A DNA stretch of 64,000 nt, taken from positions 52,267,815-52,331,814 of the forward strand of contig NC_058368.1 in assembly GCF_018350175.1 (NCBI RefSeq). The letters are read 5' to 3'. This DNA is from Felis catus (Eukaryota). Shown here piece after piece: positions 1 through 13,240 of the stretch (position 1 is its first letter; each line of letters begins with the position of its first letter). A model generated the notes under the pieces. It saw nothing but the letters and a program-made list of their open reading frames with translations, ran no database searches and was not told the DNA's origin. The translations under genes were made by a program, and so were the position numbers.

Positions 1-860
1 TGATCTTCCTTTTTATGACATATTTGTTTCTATTTCATTAACTTCTGTTTTATTACTATAATTTCTTCCTTCTACTTGTTTTGGGTTTAGTCTAAGCCTA
101 AAATTAATCTATATTTTTATCCTGCTCGAACAACTTCAATCATCCCCAGCTGGCGATATACTTTTGTTGGGTATGTTAATTAGCTCTATTGGTATCCTCT
201 CTCCCTAAGACATTATTAAGCTTTTTATAAATATTTACTGGTATCTTTATTATATTGTTTTCACATCATTTCTGCTAACCGTCGAAAGCCTCTATCTGTG
301 ATCACTTTTTTTTTTTTTTGCCAAAATATGTTCTGTTGGATTTCTTTTAAGGAGGTTGTATTAGTGAAACACTTGGTCCATTTTTTTTTTCTTGAAGTAT
401 CTTTTTTTTTTTATCCTCATTCTGAAAAGATATTTTGCCTGGCCTGTGATTTTAGATCAATGGTAAATTTCCCTTAGCCCATATCACTCTAATGTCTCCC
501 CTTTCCATTGTTACTGACAGACATCCAACTGTTTCAGCATATCACCAGCACTTTGAAGGCAACCTGCCTCTTCTCTGCTTAGTTTCATCTTTTCTTTGAC
601 TTACATATACTGTATTTTCACTATAATATACCAAGGTGTAAGATTTTCTCAGTTTTTCTTTCTTGGGATTTATTGCACTTTCTAACTCTTTGGATTGAGA
701 CTTTTATTTCTTTGAATCCATTAAGTATACTTATTTCATATTTTGTACTCAGTTTCAAAAACCGACTCCATATTTGCATCTATTCAAATGAGTGATCAGT
801 CTGAGTCTATTTCTGTAATTTCTTTTCTAGCTGTAGCTCAGAGTGGTCTATTTTACAATT
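1..860 (-). mobile_element. Old, highly diverged L1M-type LINE-1 fragments (ORF2/ORF1 antisense)
   Basis: T-rich text at 1-90 parallels the L1 ORF2 antisense text at ~4510-4590; 420-700 resembles L1 ORF1 antisense. Boundaries approximate. Confidence 0.55.
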
Positions 861-936
861 TCAAACTGAGAGCCTATGTTTCTTAGAATTTTGTGACATA
901 TTTGTGGCAAAAATGTTGATACTCAAGCTACTGCCA

Positions 937-1151
937 TTTTTTTTTCCAACGTTTTTATTTATTTTTGGGGCAGAGAGAGACAAGGCATGAACAGGGGAGG
1001 GGCAGAGAGAGAGGGAGACACAGAATCGGAAACAGGCTCCAGGCTCTGAGCCATCAGCCCAGAGCCTGACGCGGGGCTCGAACTCCCGGACCGCGAGATC
1101 GTGACCTGGCTGAAGTCGGACGCCTAACCGACTGCGCCACCCAGGCGCCCC
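937..1151 (-). mobile_element. Young felid Can-SINE (SINEC_Fc)
   Basis: Reverse complement begins GGGGCGCCTGGGTGGCGCAGTCGGTTAGGCGTCCGAC (tRNA-derived head); CT-rich body, A tail, CpGs retained. Confidence 0.97.
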
Positions 1152-1871
1152 GCTATTTTTTTGAATAATAACTATTCTGTAACTCTGACCCAGGATTATC
1201 AAGTCTTCTATCAGCATCCAAGAACACGTGGCCATCTAACTGGTTAGTTTGCAAGTAGGGTAAAGTCTCATACCTTTCACAGTTTTGGGTATATAAATAC
1301 TAAGTAAGTTAGACAAATATATAAACCAATGACTGTAATCCATTATTCTTGATTTATGGTACTTGAAAGCATAAAGGGATTACTATGATATAAGTGAAAA
1401 AAGAGACAAATGACCAGATGGAACTATAACCATTGTGAGGGAGGTGTTAAATAATTTACATATATATTTTAAATGAAAGGGAATAATTAATGTACTTTTC
1501 TATTTTATATATATTTTAAAATTTTAATTCCAGTGTAATTAACATACAGTGTTATATTAGTGTCAGGCTTACAATACAGTGATTTAACAATTCTATATAT
1601 TACTCCCTGCTCATCACAATAAGTGTACCTTTAATCCCTGTCACCTATTTCACACACACACTGCTCCCCCACCAGTAACCATCAGTTTGTTCTTTAGACT
1701 TACGAGTCTGTTTTTTGGTTCAAATTTTTTTTTCTTTGTCCATTAGTTCTTAAATTCCACATATGTATAAAATCCTATGGTATTTGTCTTTCTCTGACTG
1801 ACTTATTTCACTTAGCATTATACCCTCTAGATCCATCCATGTTGCTGCAAAAGGAAAGATTTCATTCTTTT

Positions 1872-4800
1872 TTATGGCTGAGTAATATTCCATTGTATAC
1901 ATATACCAGTGGATATCTTCTCTATCCATTCATCTATTGATGGACACTTGGACTGCTTCCATAATTTGGCTATTGTAAATAATGCTTCGATAAACATAGG
2001 GGTGCGTATAGCTTTTGAAATTAGGGTTTTCATGTTCTTTGGGTAAATAACCAGTAGTAGAATTACTAAATCATTTGGTAATTCTTTTTCACCTTTTGAG
2101 GAATCTCCATATTTTTTTCCACTGTGGCTGTAACAGTTTGCATTCCTGCCAATAGTGCATAAGGGTTCCTTTTCCTTCATATCCTCACTGACACTTGTTG
2201 TTTCTTGTGTTTTTTTAATTTTAGTTATTCTAAAAGGGGTAAGGTAATCTCTCATTGCAGTTTTGATTTGCATTTCCCTGATGATTAGTGTTGTTGAACA
2301 TCTTTTCACGTGTCTATTGGCCATTTGTATGTCTGCTTTAGAGAAATGCTTTCATGTCTTCTGCCCATTTCTTAATTGGATTATTTGTGGTTTCTTGGTG
2401 TTGAGTTGTATCAGTTATTTATATATTTTGAATACTAACCCTTTATCAGATATGTCATTTACAAATATCTTCTCTCATTCAGTAGGTTATCTTTTATTTT
2501 GTTGATTGTTTCCTTTGCTGTACAGAAGGTTTTTGTTTTGGTGTAGTCCCAATAGTTTCTTTTTCTTTTTTTTTTCCTTGCCCAAAGAAATGTATCTACA
2601 CAAATTTTACTATGGCTAATGACAGAGAAATCACTGCCCTTGCTCTCTTCTGGAATTTTGATAGTTTCTGGTGTCACATTTAGATCCTTAATCCATTTTT
2701 AGTTCATTTTTGTGTATGGTAAAAGAAAGTGGTACAGTTTCATTCTCTTACATATAGCTGTCCAATTTTCCCAACATTATTTGTTGAGGAGACTTCTTAT
2801 TGCATATTTTTGCCTCCTTTGTCGAAAATTAATTGACCATATAATTGTGGGTTTATTTCTGGGCTCTCTATCTTGCTCTGTTGATCTATATGTCTACTTT
2901 TGTACAATTATGATACTGTTTTGATCATTACAGCTTTGTAGCATATCTTGAAATCTCAGATTGCCATACCTCCAGTTTTGTTCTTTTTCAAGATTGCTTT
3001 GGTTATTCAAAGTCTTTTGTGGTTCCACACAAATTTTAGGATTATTTGTTCAATTCTGTGAAAAATTCTGTTGGTATTTTAATAGGGATTGCATTAAATC
3101 TGTAGATTGCTTTGGGTAGTGTGGACATTGTAACAATATTTGTGCTTCCAATCCATGAGCATAGGATATTTTTCCATTTGTTTGTGTCATCTTCAATTTC
3201 TTTCATCAATGTTTTATAGTTTTTAGAGTACAGGTCTTTCACCTCCTTGGTTAAGTTTATTTCTAGGTATTGTATGATTTTTTTTGTGCAATTGTAAATG
3301 AGGCTGTTTTCTTAAATTCTGTTTCTGCTACTTCATTACTGGTGTCCAGCAATGCAACAGATTTCTGTATAGTGATTTTGTATCCTGTGACCTTACTGAA
3401 TTCATTTGTCAGTTCTAATAGTCTTTTGGTGGAATCTTTATAACTTTTCCCATATAGTATCATGTCATCTGCAACAGTAAAGTTTTACTCCTTCCTTACC
3501 AGTTTGGATGCCTTTTATTTCTTTTTCTTATCTGATTGCTGTGGCTAAGAATTCCAATATTATGTTGAATAAAAGTGGCAAAGTGGACATCCTTCTCCTG
3601 TTCATGATCTCAGGCAAAAGCTCTCAGTTTTTTTTTTACCATTGAGGATGATGTTAGCTGTGGGTTGTTCATAGCCTTTATTATGTTGAGGTATGTTTCT
3701 CTAAAACTATTTGTTAAGGGTTTTTATCATGAATGGATGTCGTACTTTGTCAAATGAGTACTTTTTCTGCATCTATTGAAATGATTGGGTTTTATCTTTT
3801 CTCTCATTGATACGATGTATCACATTAATTGATTTGCAAATACTGAACCACACTTGCATTCTGGAAATAATGCACTTGATTGTAGTGAATGAGTTTTTGA
3901 TGTGCTGTTGGATTTGGTTTGCTCATTTTGTATAGGATTTTTACATCTATGTTCATCAGAGATATTGAACTATGGCTTTTTTTTTTTGGTAGTGTCTTTA
4001 TCTGATTTTGATATCAAGTTAATGCTGACCTTATAGAATGAATTTGAAAGCTTTCCTTCCTTTTCTACTTTTTGGGATAGTATGAGAAGAATAGGTATTA
4101 ACTCTTCTTTAAATAGAATTCTTTAAGAAGGTAGAATTCACCTATGAAGCAATCTGGTCCCAGGCTTTTATTTGTTGGAAGGTTTTGGTTTTTTACTGAT
4201 TCAATTTCATTGCTGGCAATCAGTCTGTTCAGATGTTCTATTTCTTCCTGATTCAATTTTGAGAGGTTACACATTTTTAGGTATTTATCCATTTCTTCTA
4301 GGTTGTCCAATTTGATGGCATGTAATTTTTCATATTTGTGTTGTTATTTCTTCTCCCTCATTTCTGATTTTTGTTTATTTGAGTCTGACCCCAATATCTC
4401 TCTCCTTTTTTAAAAAAATTTTTAATTTTTTGATGAATTTGGTTAAAGGTTTATCAGTTTTGTTGATCTTTCAATGGATCAAGTCCTGGTTTCATCTTAC
4501 TGTTCTATTTTTTTTCTAATTTCTATTTTTTCTTATTTCTACTCTAATCTGTATTATTTCCTTCCTTCTAATGGCTTTGGGTTTTGTTTGTTCTTCCTTT
4601 TCTACTTCCTCTAGGTGTAGGATTAGATTGTTTGAGATTTTTCTTGCTTCTTGATGTAGGCCTGTATTGCTATATTCCTGTATTCCTGTATTCCCTCTTA
4701 GAACAGCTTTTGCTGCATCCCAAACATTTTGGATGTTTTCATTTTCATTTGTCTCCATGAATCTTTTTTCATTTGTCTTTGACTTCTTGGTTGACCCATT

Positions 4801-5760
4801 TGTTGTTTAGTGGCACGTTATTTAACCTCCATGGATTTGTATTCTTTCTAGGTTTTTTCTTGTGGTTGAGTTCTAGTTTCAGAGAGGTGTGGTCAGAAAA
4901 GATGTATGGTATGACTTCAATCTTTTTGAATTTGTTGAGGCTTGTTTTGTAGCTTAATATGTGATCTATTCTGCAGAATGTTCCATGTGCACTTGAAAAG
5001 AATGTGTACTCCATTGTTTTAGGATGGAATGTTCTGAATATATCTGTTAGATCCATCTGGTCCAATGTGTCATTCAAAGCTACTGTTTCCTTGTTGGTTT
5101 TATGTTTGAATAATCTAGTCATTGATGAAAGTAGGTGTTAAAGTCACCTACTATTATTGTATTACTATCAATTACTTTCTTTATGTTTGTTATTAACTGT
5201 TAATGTATTTGGATGCTCCCATGTTGGATGCATAAATATTTACAACTGTTATATCTTCCAATTGGATTGTTTCCTTTATGATTGTATAGTGTCCTTTTTT
5301 GTCTCTTGTTACAGTTTTTTGTTTTCAAGTATATTTTGGGAGGAACTGGGTGGCTCAGTCAGTTAAGTATCTGACTCTTGATTTCACCTCAGGTCATGAT
5401 CCCAAAGTTGTGGGATTGAGCCCCATGTTGGGCTCCATGCTGAACATGGAGGCTGTTTAAGATTCTCTCTCTTTCTCTCTCTCTCTCTCCTCTCTTCTCC
5501 TCTACTTTCTCCCACTGCCCCTCTCTACCACTTGTGCTCTCTTTTTCTCTAAAATTAAAAAATAATAAGAAAAAGTAAAATCTATTTTGTTCAATATAAT
5601 ATGAGTATTGCTACCTCAGTTTTCTTTTCATTTCCATTTGCATGATAGATGTTTTTCTATTCCTACACTTTCAATCTTCATGTCTCTTTAGGTCTGAAAT
5701 GAGTTTCTTGTGGCAACATATAAATGGGTTTTGCTTTTTTATCCAGTCTGTCATTCTATG
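1872..5760 (-). pseudogene. L1 ORF2p remnant (endonuclease, RT, C-terminal), many stops and frameshifts
   Basis: Peptides 'LDQMDLTDIFRTFHP...FFSSAHGTFCRIDHIL...SDH' (endonuclease), 'SLGPDCFIGEFY', '[11 protein letters not shown]...[16 protein letters not shown]', 'IIREMQIKT...[21 protein letters not shown]'. Confidence 0.95.
5338..5578 (+). mobile_element. Older Can-SINE inserted in L1 ORF2
   Basis: GGGAGGAACTGGGTGGCTCAGTCAGTTAAG head, CT tract, A-rich tail; imperfect TSD AAGTATATTTT / AAATCTATTTT. Confidence 0.92.
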
Positions 5761-5765
5761 TCTCT

Positions 5766-5965
5766 TTTTTTTTTAAGTTTACTTATTTATTTTAACAGAG
5801 AGAGAGAGAGAGGAGGGGAAAGAGAGAGGGAGAAAGAATCACAAGCAGCTTCTGTGCTGTCCATGTGGAGCATAAGGCAGGGCTGGATTCCATGAACAGT
5901 GAGATCATGACCTGAGCCAAAATCAAAAGCCAGATGCTCAACTGACTGAGCCACCTAGGCACCCC
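5766..5965 (-). mobile_element. Can-SINE inserted in L1
   Basis: Ends ...CTGAGCCACCTAGGCACCCC; TCTATGTCT on both flanks. Confidence 0.92.
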
Positions 5966-6479
5966 CACTCATCTATGTCTTTTGATTGCAGTATTTAGTC
6001 CATTTACCTTCAAGGTAATTATTGATGGGTATATATTTATTGCCATTTTGTTACTTTAGAGTTATTTTTTGTACTTCTTCTCTGATCTTATCTTCTCTTG
6101 CTGTCTTTCACAGTTTGCTGGTTTTCTTTGGTGATATACTTGGATTCTTTTGATTTTTTTGCAGAACTATTACTGGTTTTTGAGTTGTGGTTACCATTAA
6201 GTTTATATATGACATTTAATGCCTATAGCAGTCTATATTAAGTTGATGGTTGGTATAGTTTGAACCCATTCTACAAGCCGCACCCTCTCCCACCATGTTT
6301 TAGATATATGATGTCATACTTCTCATTCTTTTATTTTGTGAATCCCTTGACTGATTTTTGTAAATATACTTAATTTTACTGCTTTTGTGCTTTTTATTTT
6401 TTCTACTCCTACTTATGGTTTTTCCTTTCCCAGAGTCCCCTTTAGCATTTCTTGTAGGGCTGGCATCCCTTTAACTTTT

Positions 6480-7261
6480 GTTCGTCTGGGAAACTCTTTA
6501 TCTTTCCCTCTATTCTGAATGATAGCCTTGCTAGATAGACTATTATTGACTGCAGATTTTTTTTCTTTCAGCACTTCAAATATATCATGCCACCCCCTTC
6601 TGGCCTACAAGTTTCTGCTGATAAATACAGACACTCTTATTCAATTTCCTTTCTGGTAAATGTTTTCTTTACTTCTTTTAAAATTCTCTCTTTATTACTA
6701 CTTTTGCTATTTTGATTACTATGTAATTAGTGTGGACCCCTTGGTTGATTTTGTTAGGGGCTTCTGGATCTGGATTTTCTGTTTCCTTCTCCAGACTCAG
6801 GAAGTTTTCAGATATTATTTCTTCAAATACATGTCTCCCCCCTGTTCTCTCTCTTCTCATTCTGGGATCCCTGTAATGCAAATACTTTTATTTTCAATGA
6901 CATCATTGAGTTTTCTTAATCTATTTTTGTTTATTTTTTCTCTTTTATTCAGCTTGATTGCTTTCCATTGCTCTGTCTTCCAGTTAACTGATCCATTCTT
7001 CTGCTTCCTCTAGGTTACTATTTTTCCCTCCAGTGTAATTTTAACTTCAGTTATTGAGTTCTTCACCTCTGATTGGTTCTTTTTAATGTTTTCTATCTCT
7101 TTGTTGAGGGTCTCACAAAGGTCCTCAACTCTTCTCAATCCAGTGAGTATCTTTATAACCATTAATTTAAAGTACCTATCAGGCATATTAATTATCTGTG
7201 TTTCAGATCTCTTGCTGTGATTTTGTCCTTTCCTTTCATTTGGGACACATTCCTCTGTCAC
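6480..7261 (-). pseudogene. L1 ORF1p remnant
   Basis: Peptides 'MPDRYFKLMVIKILTGL...ETLNKEIENIKKNQSEVKNSITEVK' and 'FEEIISENFLSLEKE' are typical of carnivore L1 ORF1p. Confidence 0.9.
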
Positions 7262-8707
7262 CTCATTTTGACTGCCTCTGTGTCTGTGTCTGTGTCTGTG
7301 TCTAGGTGTTAGGAAAGTCAGCTATGTCTTCTGCTCTTGAAACTAATGCTTTTATAAAGAAGAGGTCCCGTAGTGTCCTAGCGTGCAATGCCTCCTGTTG
7401 ACTCCAACCTGGTGCTTCAGAGGTGTTTCCTATGTGTGTTGCATGCACCTTACTATTGTGGCTGAGCCACTTTTGCCTCCAGTCCCATCTTCTGCAATAG
7501 CTCTCTCTGCCTACTGTAGACAAGGTTTGGTTCCTGTGTTTTTAGTGGGTTAGTCTAGGCCGCCTTCAGCTTGAGTTGAATCAGCCCAGGAATTTGCAGT
7601 ACACTGAACTGCAGGATGCTCTCCCTGTGTTGTCCCCTGAGAAGTTTTTGTTGGTGGGTGGGGCCTGCAGTCAGACCCGATGTTTGCCCCAGCCCACTGC
7701 TGGAGCTGCAGTCAGAGTGGTATGTGTGGTTATCTTCCTCCCTCCCCAAGGCAAAAGTCACTTTGGAGTGGCGCTGGCCCCTGTCAGGGCTGCTTGCACA
7801 TAACCACACTTGTGACACTGCTTTGGATGGACTCTTGCTGAGAGCAAGTCCACAGGAGAGTGTGGGGGCAGAGCACAGTGCCAGCAAGACCCATGCTGGT
7901 CCAGTGCAGGAGGGGATCTGCAGCCACTGGGGAAAATTCCTGCCCAAGCCAAACTAGAATGAGTGGATCCACAGAAGTGTGAGGGGCAAGGTATAATCTC
8001 AGCAAGCTAGGTGCAGAGTGTTCTTGCTGCCTTGGCTCCTGCAGGGGTCTGTGTATCTAGGTTGGGGAGCAGGAGAGGGAAATGGCACTTGCTAGCTCTT
8101 TTGTCGTTGGAGAAGTCTCCCAAAGATCCCTGCTCCTCCAGCACATGCTCTGAGGTTAGTAAACAAATCTCCCTCTACTATACCCCCGGGTATACTGCTG
8201 CTTCTATGCTGTGTCTCTGCAGGGCTATTATTGTGCTGTTTCTTTAGAGCAAGGGACTCAGTTTCCTACTGCCCTCGGGCTCTCCCAGAGCTAAGCCCAC
8301 TGATTTTTAAAGTTCCAGGTGTTAAGCCCTGCTGACCGCAAGAGCTCTCAAAATTAGGCTCCTCGGTTTTCAAAGTCAAATGGTAAGGGGATTTGTCTTC
8401 CCAGTACAGATCCCCAGTGGCTAGGTGCCCAGTATGGGTCTTCTCCTCTCCCCTCTTCATGCCCATGGTGTTCCTTCCTCCTATGGATAGTCCCATGGGT
8501 CAGTTTGGCTCCTATTGTGTCTTCACCTTTTCTATCTTCTTCTATGTGGTCTCTTCTCTACACTCAGCTGTGGAGAATCTCTTCTGCTAGTCATTGGGAC
8601 TTTTCTGGGCCATTTACACTAATGTGTTTGTTATCCAATTGTATTTGTGGGACAAGGTGAGCTTAGGGTCCTCCTACTCTGCCATATTTCCCCTCAATCT
8701 ATTTTAT

Positions 8708-8923
8708 CTATCTATCTATCTATCTCTCCATCTATCATCTATCTATCTATCTTGACAGAGCACAGCAAGGGACAGGCAGAGATAAAGGGAGAGAGAGAAT
8801 CCCAAACAAGCTCAACACTCAGCTCAAAGCCCAACACAGGGTTCAACCCCATGATCATGAGCTAATGACCTGGACCAAAATCAAGAGGTGGATGCTTAAC
8901 TGACTAAGCCACCCAGGTGCCCC
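8708..8923 (-). mobile_element. Can-SINE whose tail has become a (TCTA)n microsatellite, inserted at the L1 5' junction
   Basis: Head ...CACCCAGGTGCCCC ends 8923; (TCTA)n at ~8707-8751; TATTTTAT on both sides. Confidence 0.9.
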
Positions 8924-8969
8924 TATTTTATATATTATTTAAATAGAAGATGCCTTTTACGCATTATCT

Positions 8970-9431
8970 CACATCCTTTGTATCTCAAATTTGATTCTGC
9001 CATGAATGTGGGAGAGATCCAGGAATGCTTCACCCCATTTCCATCTGTCAGTGCTTCACCAGAGATTTTACTTCTGTTCCAGGGTCTCACAGATGCTACT
9101 TCCTGGATTGTCAGAGGGATCCCAATACCTAAGCATCCTAAAAGTGGGAAGAAGTATTACGCTATGGGTCAAGCCAAACTCACAGGGCATTGGAAGTCAA
9201 TGGACAAGTGTTTCTCCCATTTGTTCCTTAGGTGGCTGTTTCTCATATCACAAAACTGTTGTCTGCAAGAACAGCTTGCTTAACAATTTTTTTTATCAGT
9301 TTTCCAAAATTCTCTGTTTACCTTCCTGTCACTGAGTCTTGTTTCCTGGAAACATATTATAAAATAAGCTATTTTACAAACTTTTGTGCCAGTCTCTGCT
9401 TTGGTGGAAGTTAGGCACCCAGATTAAGACC
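8970..9431 (+). mobile_element. Old ERVL-class solo LTR (LTR16/LTR33-like)
   Basis: 3' end 'CTCTGCTTTGGTGGAAG...CCCAGATTAAGAC' preceded by an AATAAG-type signal, typical of this LTR group; left boundary uncertain. Confidence 0.55.
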
Positions 9432-9958
9432 AGTATATTCACATGCATGCATTCTTTACAAGTCTATGTACCAATGCACAGACATGAATAACAAATGACA
9501 TGAATGCAGGGTGTTAATGCGAAGAGGTAAATGTAAGGACATAGGTATCTTTGAGAGCTGATATAATGTTATTTAGGAATTGAGCATTATGATATAAGCA
9601 ACAAACGTTGCTTATAGAATGAAAGTAACACTCTACCTCAAGGAGGTTTAACCTCATGGAATTTCACAATTTGTGGCTAAAAGTGGGTGAAGATGAAAGA
9701 TAAAAAAAATGGAAACAGCGTCATTGTTAGTAGAAACTACACATTCTCATTTAGGTGGAAGAAATGAGTGATACGGTATTAAAGCTTATCACGAATCTCA
9801 AACCTTGTGGAAAAAAGTCTGACTTCTTTAAGTCCCATGTAGATAAGGACAGTAGCACTCTGCATAGGCAACACATAAAAGTAGTAATAATGGGGATTTG
9901 GGTTATTCAGAATCAAGTTAGGTTAATAAACTCTTCCATTTTCTAGAGTTTCCATGGA

Positions 9959-10004
9959 ATGGAAGTGTTTAATAAATTTTCATGGAGGTGTTTAATAAAT
10001 TTTT
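9959..10004. repeat. 23-bp tandem duplication
   Basis: ATGGAAGTGTTTAATAAATTTTC followed by ATGGAGGTGTTTAATAAATTTTT. Confidence 0.9.
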
Positions 10005-10242
10005 TGTGATACAAGTGATAATATAATGAAGATAGTTTAAAAGAATTACAGAAGTTGAATATGACACACATTATAAGGAAAATAAATTAGTAATGGATGA
10101 CAAGGTGTGTATGTATTTTAAAGTTTTGGATTTGTCAACCGAAAATTGTCAGGAGGCAATAATTAAGCAAAAGCATTTATTTGGGATCAAAGAATTATAA
10201 TTTGGGGTATACAGATTTTAAAAAAATTAACATCTACTCACG

Positions 10243-10464
10243 TTTTAAGATTTTTTAAAAAGTTTTTATTTATTTATTTTGAGAGAGGGGGACAGAGAGA
10301 GCAAGTAGGGGAGGGGCAGAGAGAGGGGGAGGGAGAGTCCCAAGCAGGCTCCACACTGCTAGTGCAAAGGCCAATGGAGGGCTTGAACTCACGAACCGTG
10401 AGATCATGACCTGAGCCAAAACCAAGAGTCAGATGCTTAACCGACTGAGCCACCCAGGTGCCCC
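10243..10464 (-). mobile_element. Can-SINE inserted into the tail of the neighbouring SINE
   Basis: Complete SINE ending ...CACCCAGGTGCCCC at 10464. Confidence 0.93.
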
Positions 10465-10466
10465 AT

Positions 10467-10667
10467 CATTTATTCATTTTTGAGAGACAGAAAGAGAGAG
10501 TGCAAATGGGGCAGAGGCAGAGAGAGATGGAGACACAGAATCTGAAGCAGACTCCAGGCTCTAAGCTGTCATCACAGAGCCCCGTGAGGGGCTTGAACCC
10601 AGGAACTGCAAAATCATGACCTAAGCCAAAGTCAGATGCTTGACCAACTGAGCTACCCAGGTGCTCC
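10467..10667 (-). mobile_element. Can-SINE (displaced tail at ~10218-10242)
   Basis: SINE body; outer TSD GTATACAGATTT / GTACACAGATTT brackets both SINEs. Confidence 0.92.
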
Positions 10668-11879
10668 AGACGTACACAGATTTGAGTCCCACCAGGGAGC
10701 AAACATCAGGAACTCAAAGCAAAAAAAGAGGAATACTTATATACACGGCTTACAAAGAACTTTTGATTGGTGTTGGCAGCAAAAAGCTAATCTTGACGGA
10801 ATATAATTGGTGGCTAAGGTTGTCATTTTATAAAGTCTCTAACTGTAACAAGTTGCAGGTTTGGAGGCTGAGTCTGGAATATTTGCAGCTTGGCCCAGTT
10901 CAAAAAAAAGCTCATGGTTCCAATGGTGAGAACATAAGGCCCATCTCCTTAGCAGCCTCCCAGCTCTATTTTAAAACTTGACATAAGTGACCTCATTTCA
11001 TTTCACCTTCCACAGATTACATTGTGCTATCTAACCTTACAGTCCATGGTGTGATATCTACTGTTGTTCTAGAGTTCCTTGGAAATCTGCTCTTGGCTTT
11101 TGCTATTTACAGACATAGTTTACTGGATAAATCTTGATTATTATGCATATTGGATGCATAACAGGGTATGAAACAAAATTTTCAAGATACCTCAATTTGA
11201 AAAATGAAAATATGAAATTTATTAAAGTTAATTCAAGGAATTTTAATTCAAGGATGTGAACCCTCTTGTCAAACTCTCATAACTGGCATTTTTAGAGAAA
11301 AAGAATGTTGGGAAGATCTCAATACTTCAAGTAAGAGCCAACTAATATCTTCTTCAGAATTCAGGGCTGTAGCCGTCTGACTCTAAGCTAAATCTTAAAA
11401 CATGATATGCCAAGCTATAGTACTGTACTTGGGGTTTCCCCTAAACATGGGGGCCCAACAGCAGCCACAGTTACTTAACATCAGACTAAACATTCTACTC
11501 TACCATTTTTAAATGTCATATTATACTGCATGACTTTGATGGCTTCCCCTGCTTCCTTTACCTTTATTAGTTGCCCTTTTTTTCAACCACCTTAACAGGT
11601 AGCTAAATTTCCTTTATAAAAATTTTATTAATTAAATTTATTCTTTATATATACTGTAGCATCCTCCTCCAAGACCACCACCTATGAATTAGGCTTCTAC
11701 TTTGACAAAACAAAACATAAACAAAATCCCAAATCTTCAAAACAAACCTTAGTAGAGAATTCAAGGGCTCATCCAATTCTATTCTACCTGGTTCTGAGGC
11801 ACATGGGAAGTTGTTCTTCATCCTATCCTAGTCAGGTGGCACCATGTGACTAGTTATATATCTAGTAAGTTGTCAGGAG

Positions 11880-12152
11880 ACAAGCCCAAAAAATTAATTG
11901 CCAGTGAGGCAAACCCCAAAATTCTTCTCCCCTGCCAAAGTTCCTTTATGGTCATTTTCTTAGGGCCGTGTGTTCCACAGTTGAGGGAAATAAAAATGGT
12001 GGTGCTCCCTACGACCAGGATCCCTGAGTGACATTTAGGGCAGACCCTTGAACATATAGCATGAGTAAAAAATAAACCTTAGTTTTGACAAGCCATTGAG
12101 GGTCCCTGGTTACTTTATTACTGCAGTATAAACTTGTTATGATGACTAACAC
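11880..12152 (+). mobile_element. MLT1 (MaLR) LTR fragment
   Basis: AATAAACC...AAGCCATTGAG...TTACTGCAGTATAA...TGACTAACAC matches the MLT1 3' end pattern. Confidence 0.65.
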
Positions 12153-12599
12153 TCAAATAAAAGCAAATTTAAAAATAAGCACATAGTATTTGATGGACAC
12201 GATGTATCTGTAATGCACAAGCAGAAGCATTACTTACAAGATGCCAGTATCTAAGGTGCTTTAAGGTAATGATATTAATTATGCAACATATTCCTAGAAA
12301 ACTATATTGGTGTTATCTGTTTTTGTGAAAGAAAGTTGTATTAAAGAAAATGTGGTACCCTTTTTTTAAAAAAATAAGGTAACCTGGGTAACCTAGAAAG
12401 TTTATCCCTCTTCATAAACTTTCTGCGTGTAACTTGTGGTTATTCACTTCTGTTCAATTATTTCATTTGTAAAATATGGTTTGAGGTAGAAAGAATGGAA
12501 ACTTACATTTGATCATTTTAGAGTCACTGAATTCTAATTAGTTTAATTCAATTCAATCCAGATACATTCAACAAAAGATGTAACACTTGAAATTTCAAA

Positions 12600-13240
12600 C
12601 ATGAGTGGATGAATGCATACCTTTTCCTGCATGCTTTCCAATAAAAGATGTCATCAAACTTTTAAAATTTCTATAAGCATGTTGGTATAAGCTCTTTTTA
12701 TTGGTTTTTTATTCTTGTTGGTGTTTTTTTCTGGCTAATGGCTAGTAAAAATCCCTCTGAGTCAATTGATATAGCTCTAATTCAGGTTTAATGACTTTGG
12801 AATAATCCTTGAAACACGAGCCATATACATTTTCACTTCCCTTACTGATAGACATATGCTTTATTTCCAACTTGTGAGGAAACTAAATCTCTTTGTATAT
12901 TATACATACTAATTATTTTGTCTGTCAGCTGTATGTCAAATATTTTGTTCAGATTTTTAAAAATTTAGTTCTCTCATTCACATGGAATGTAGTTTTGCAT
13001 AGAGTATAAGATAACGGTACCACTTTATATTATTTAAGATCAGCAGACAGTTGTGCCATCAGAATTTAAATAATCCACAATTTTCTCAATAAAATAAACT
13101 TTTACTTTGTCTTGCATTAAGTTTTCTTCTGTACATAGGTTTATTCCTAGAGTTGCTAGACTCTTCCTCAGATGTTTGTCTATTCTTCTATCAATCCCAT
13201 ATTTATTTAAAGTGGATTTACATTATGCTTTGATATGACT
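12600..13240 (-). mobile_element. Ancient L1ME-type ORF2/3' fragment
   Basis: Diverged resemblance to the L1 antisense text at ~2150-2950. Confidence 0.5.

Larger units (their letters stand above)
1521..8698 (-). mobile_element. Full-length, degenerate carnivore LINE-1 (5'UTR ~7.3-8.7 kb, ORF1, ORF2, 3'UTR) interrupted by two SINEs
   Basis: Ordered minus-strand ORF1/ORF2 peptides; 3'UTR at 1521-1870; 5' end near 8695; flanking TSD-like CTATTTTATATATATTTTAAA (1500-1520) and TATTTTATATATTATTTAAA (8924-8943). Confidence 0.95.
10133..11014 (-). mobile_element. ERV1-class solo LTR containing two nested SINEs
   Basis: TG...CA termini with 4-bp TSD GATT (10129-10132, 11015-11018); minus-strand AATAAA at ~10177-10182. 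Confidence 0.8.

Noticed and set aside
861..1235. 124-aa ORF and similar ORFs at 15001, 32378, 39363, 44757, 49695 and 51214
   Set aside because: Translations of Can-SINE sequence (e.g. SPASGSVLTAQSLEP), not genes.
7302..8590. Cluster of overlapping ORFs in a GC-richer zone
   Set aside because: Lies in the L1 5'UTR; no recognisable protein.
12776..12776. 18-bp near-match TCTGAGTCAATTG(A/C)TATA ending near here and at ~31179-31196
   Set aside because: Too short and does not extend; compatible with chance.
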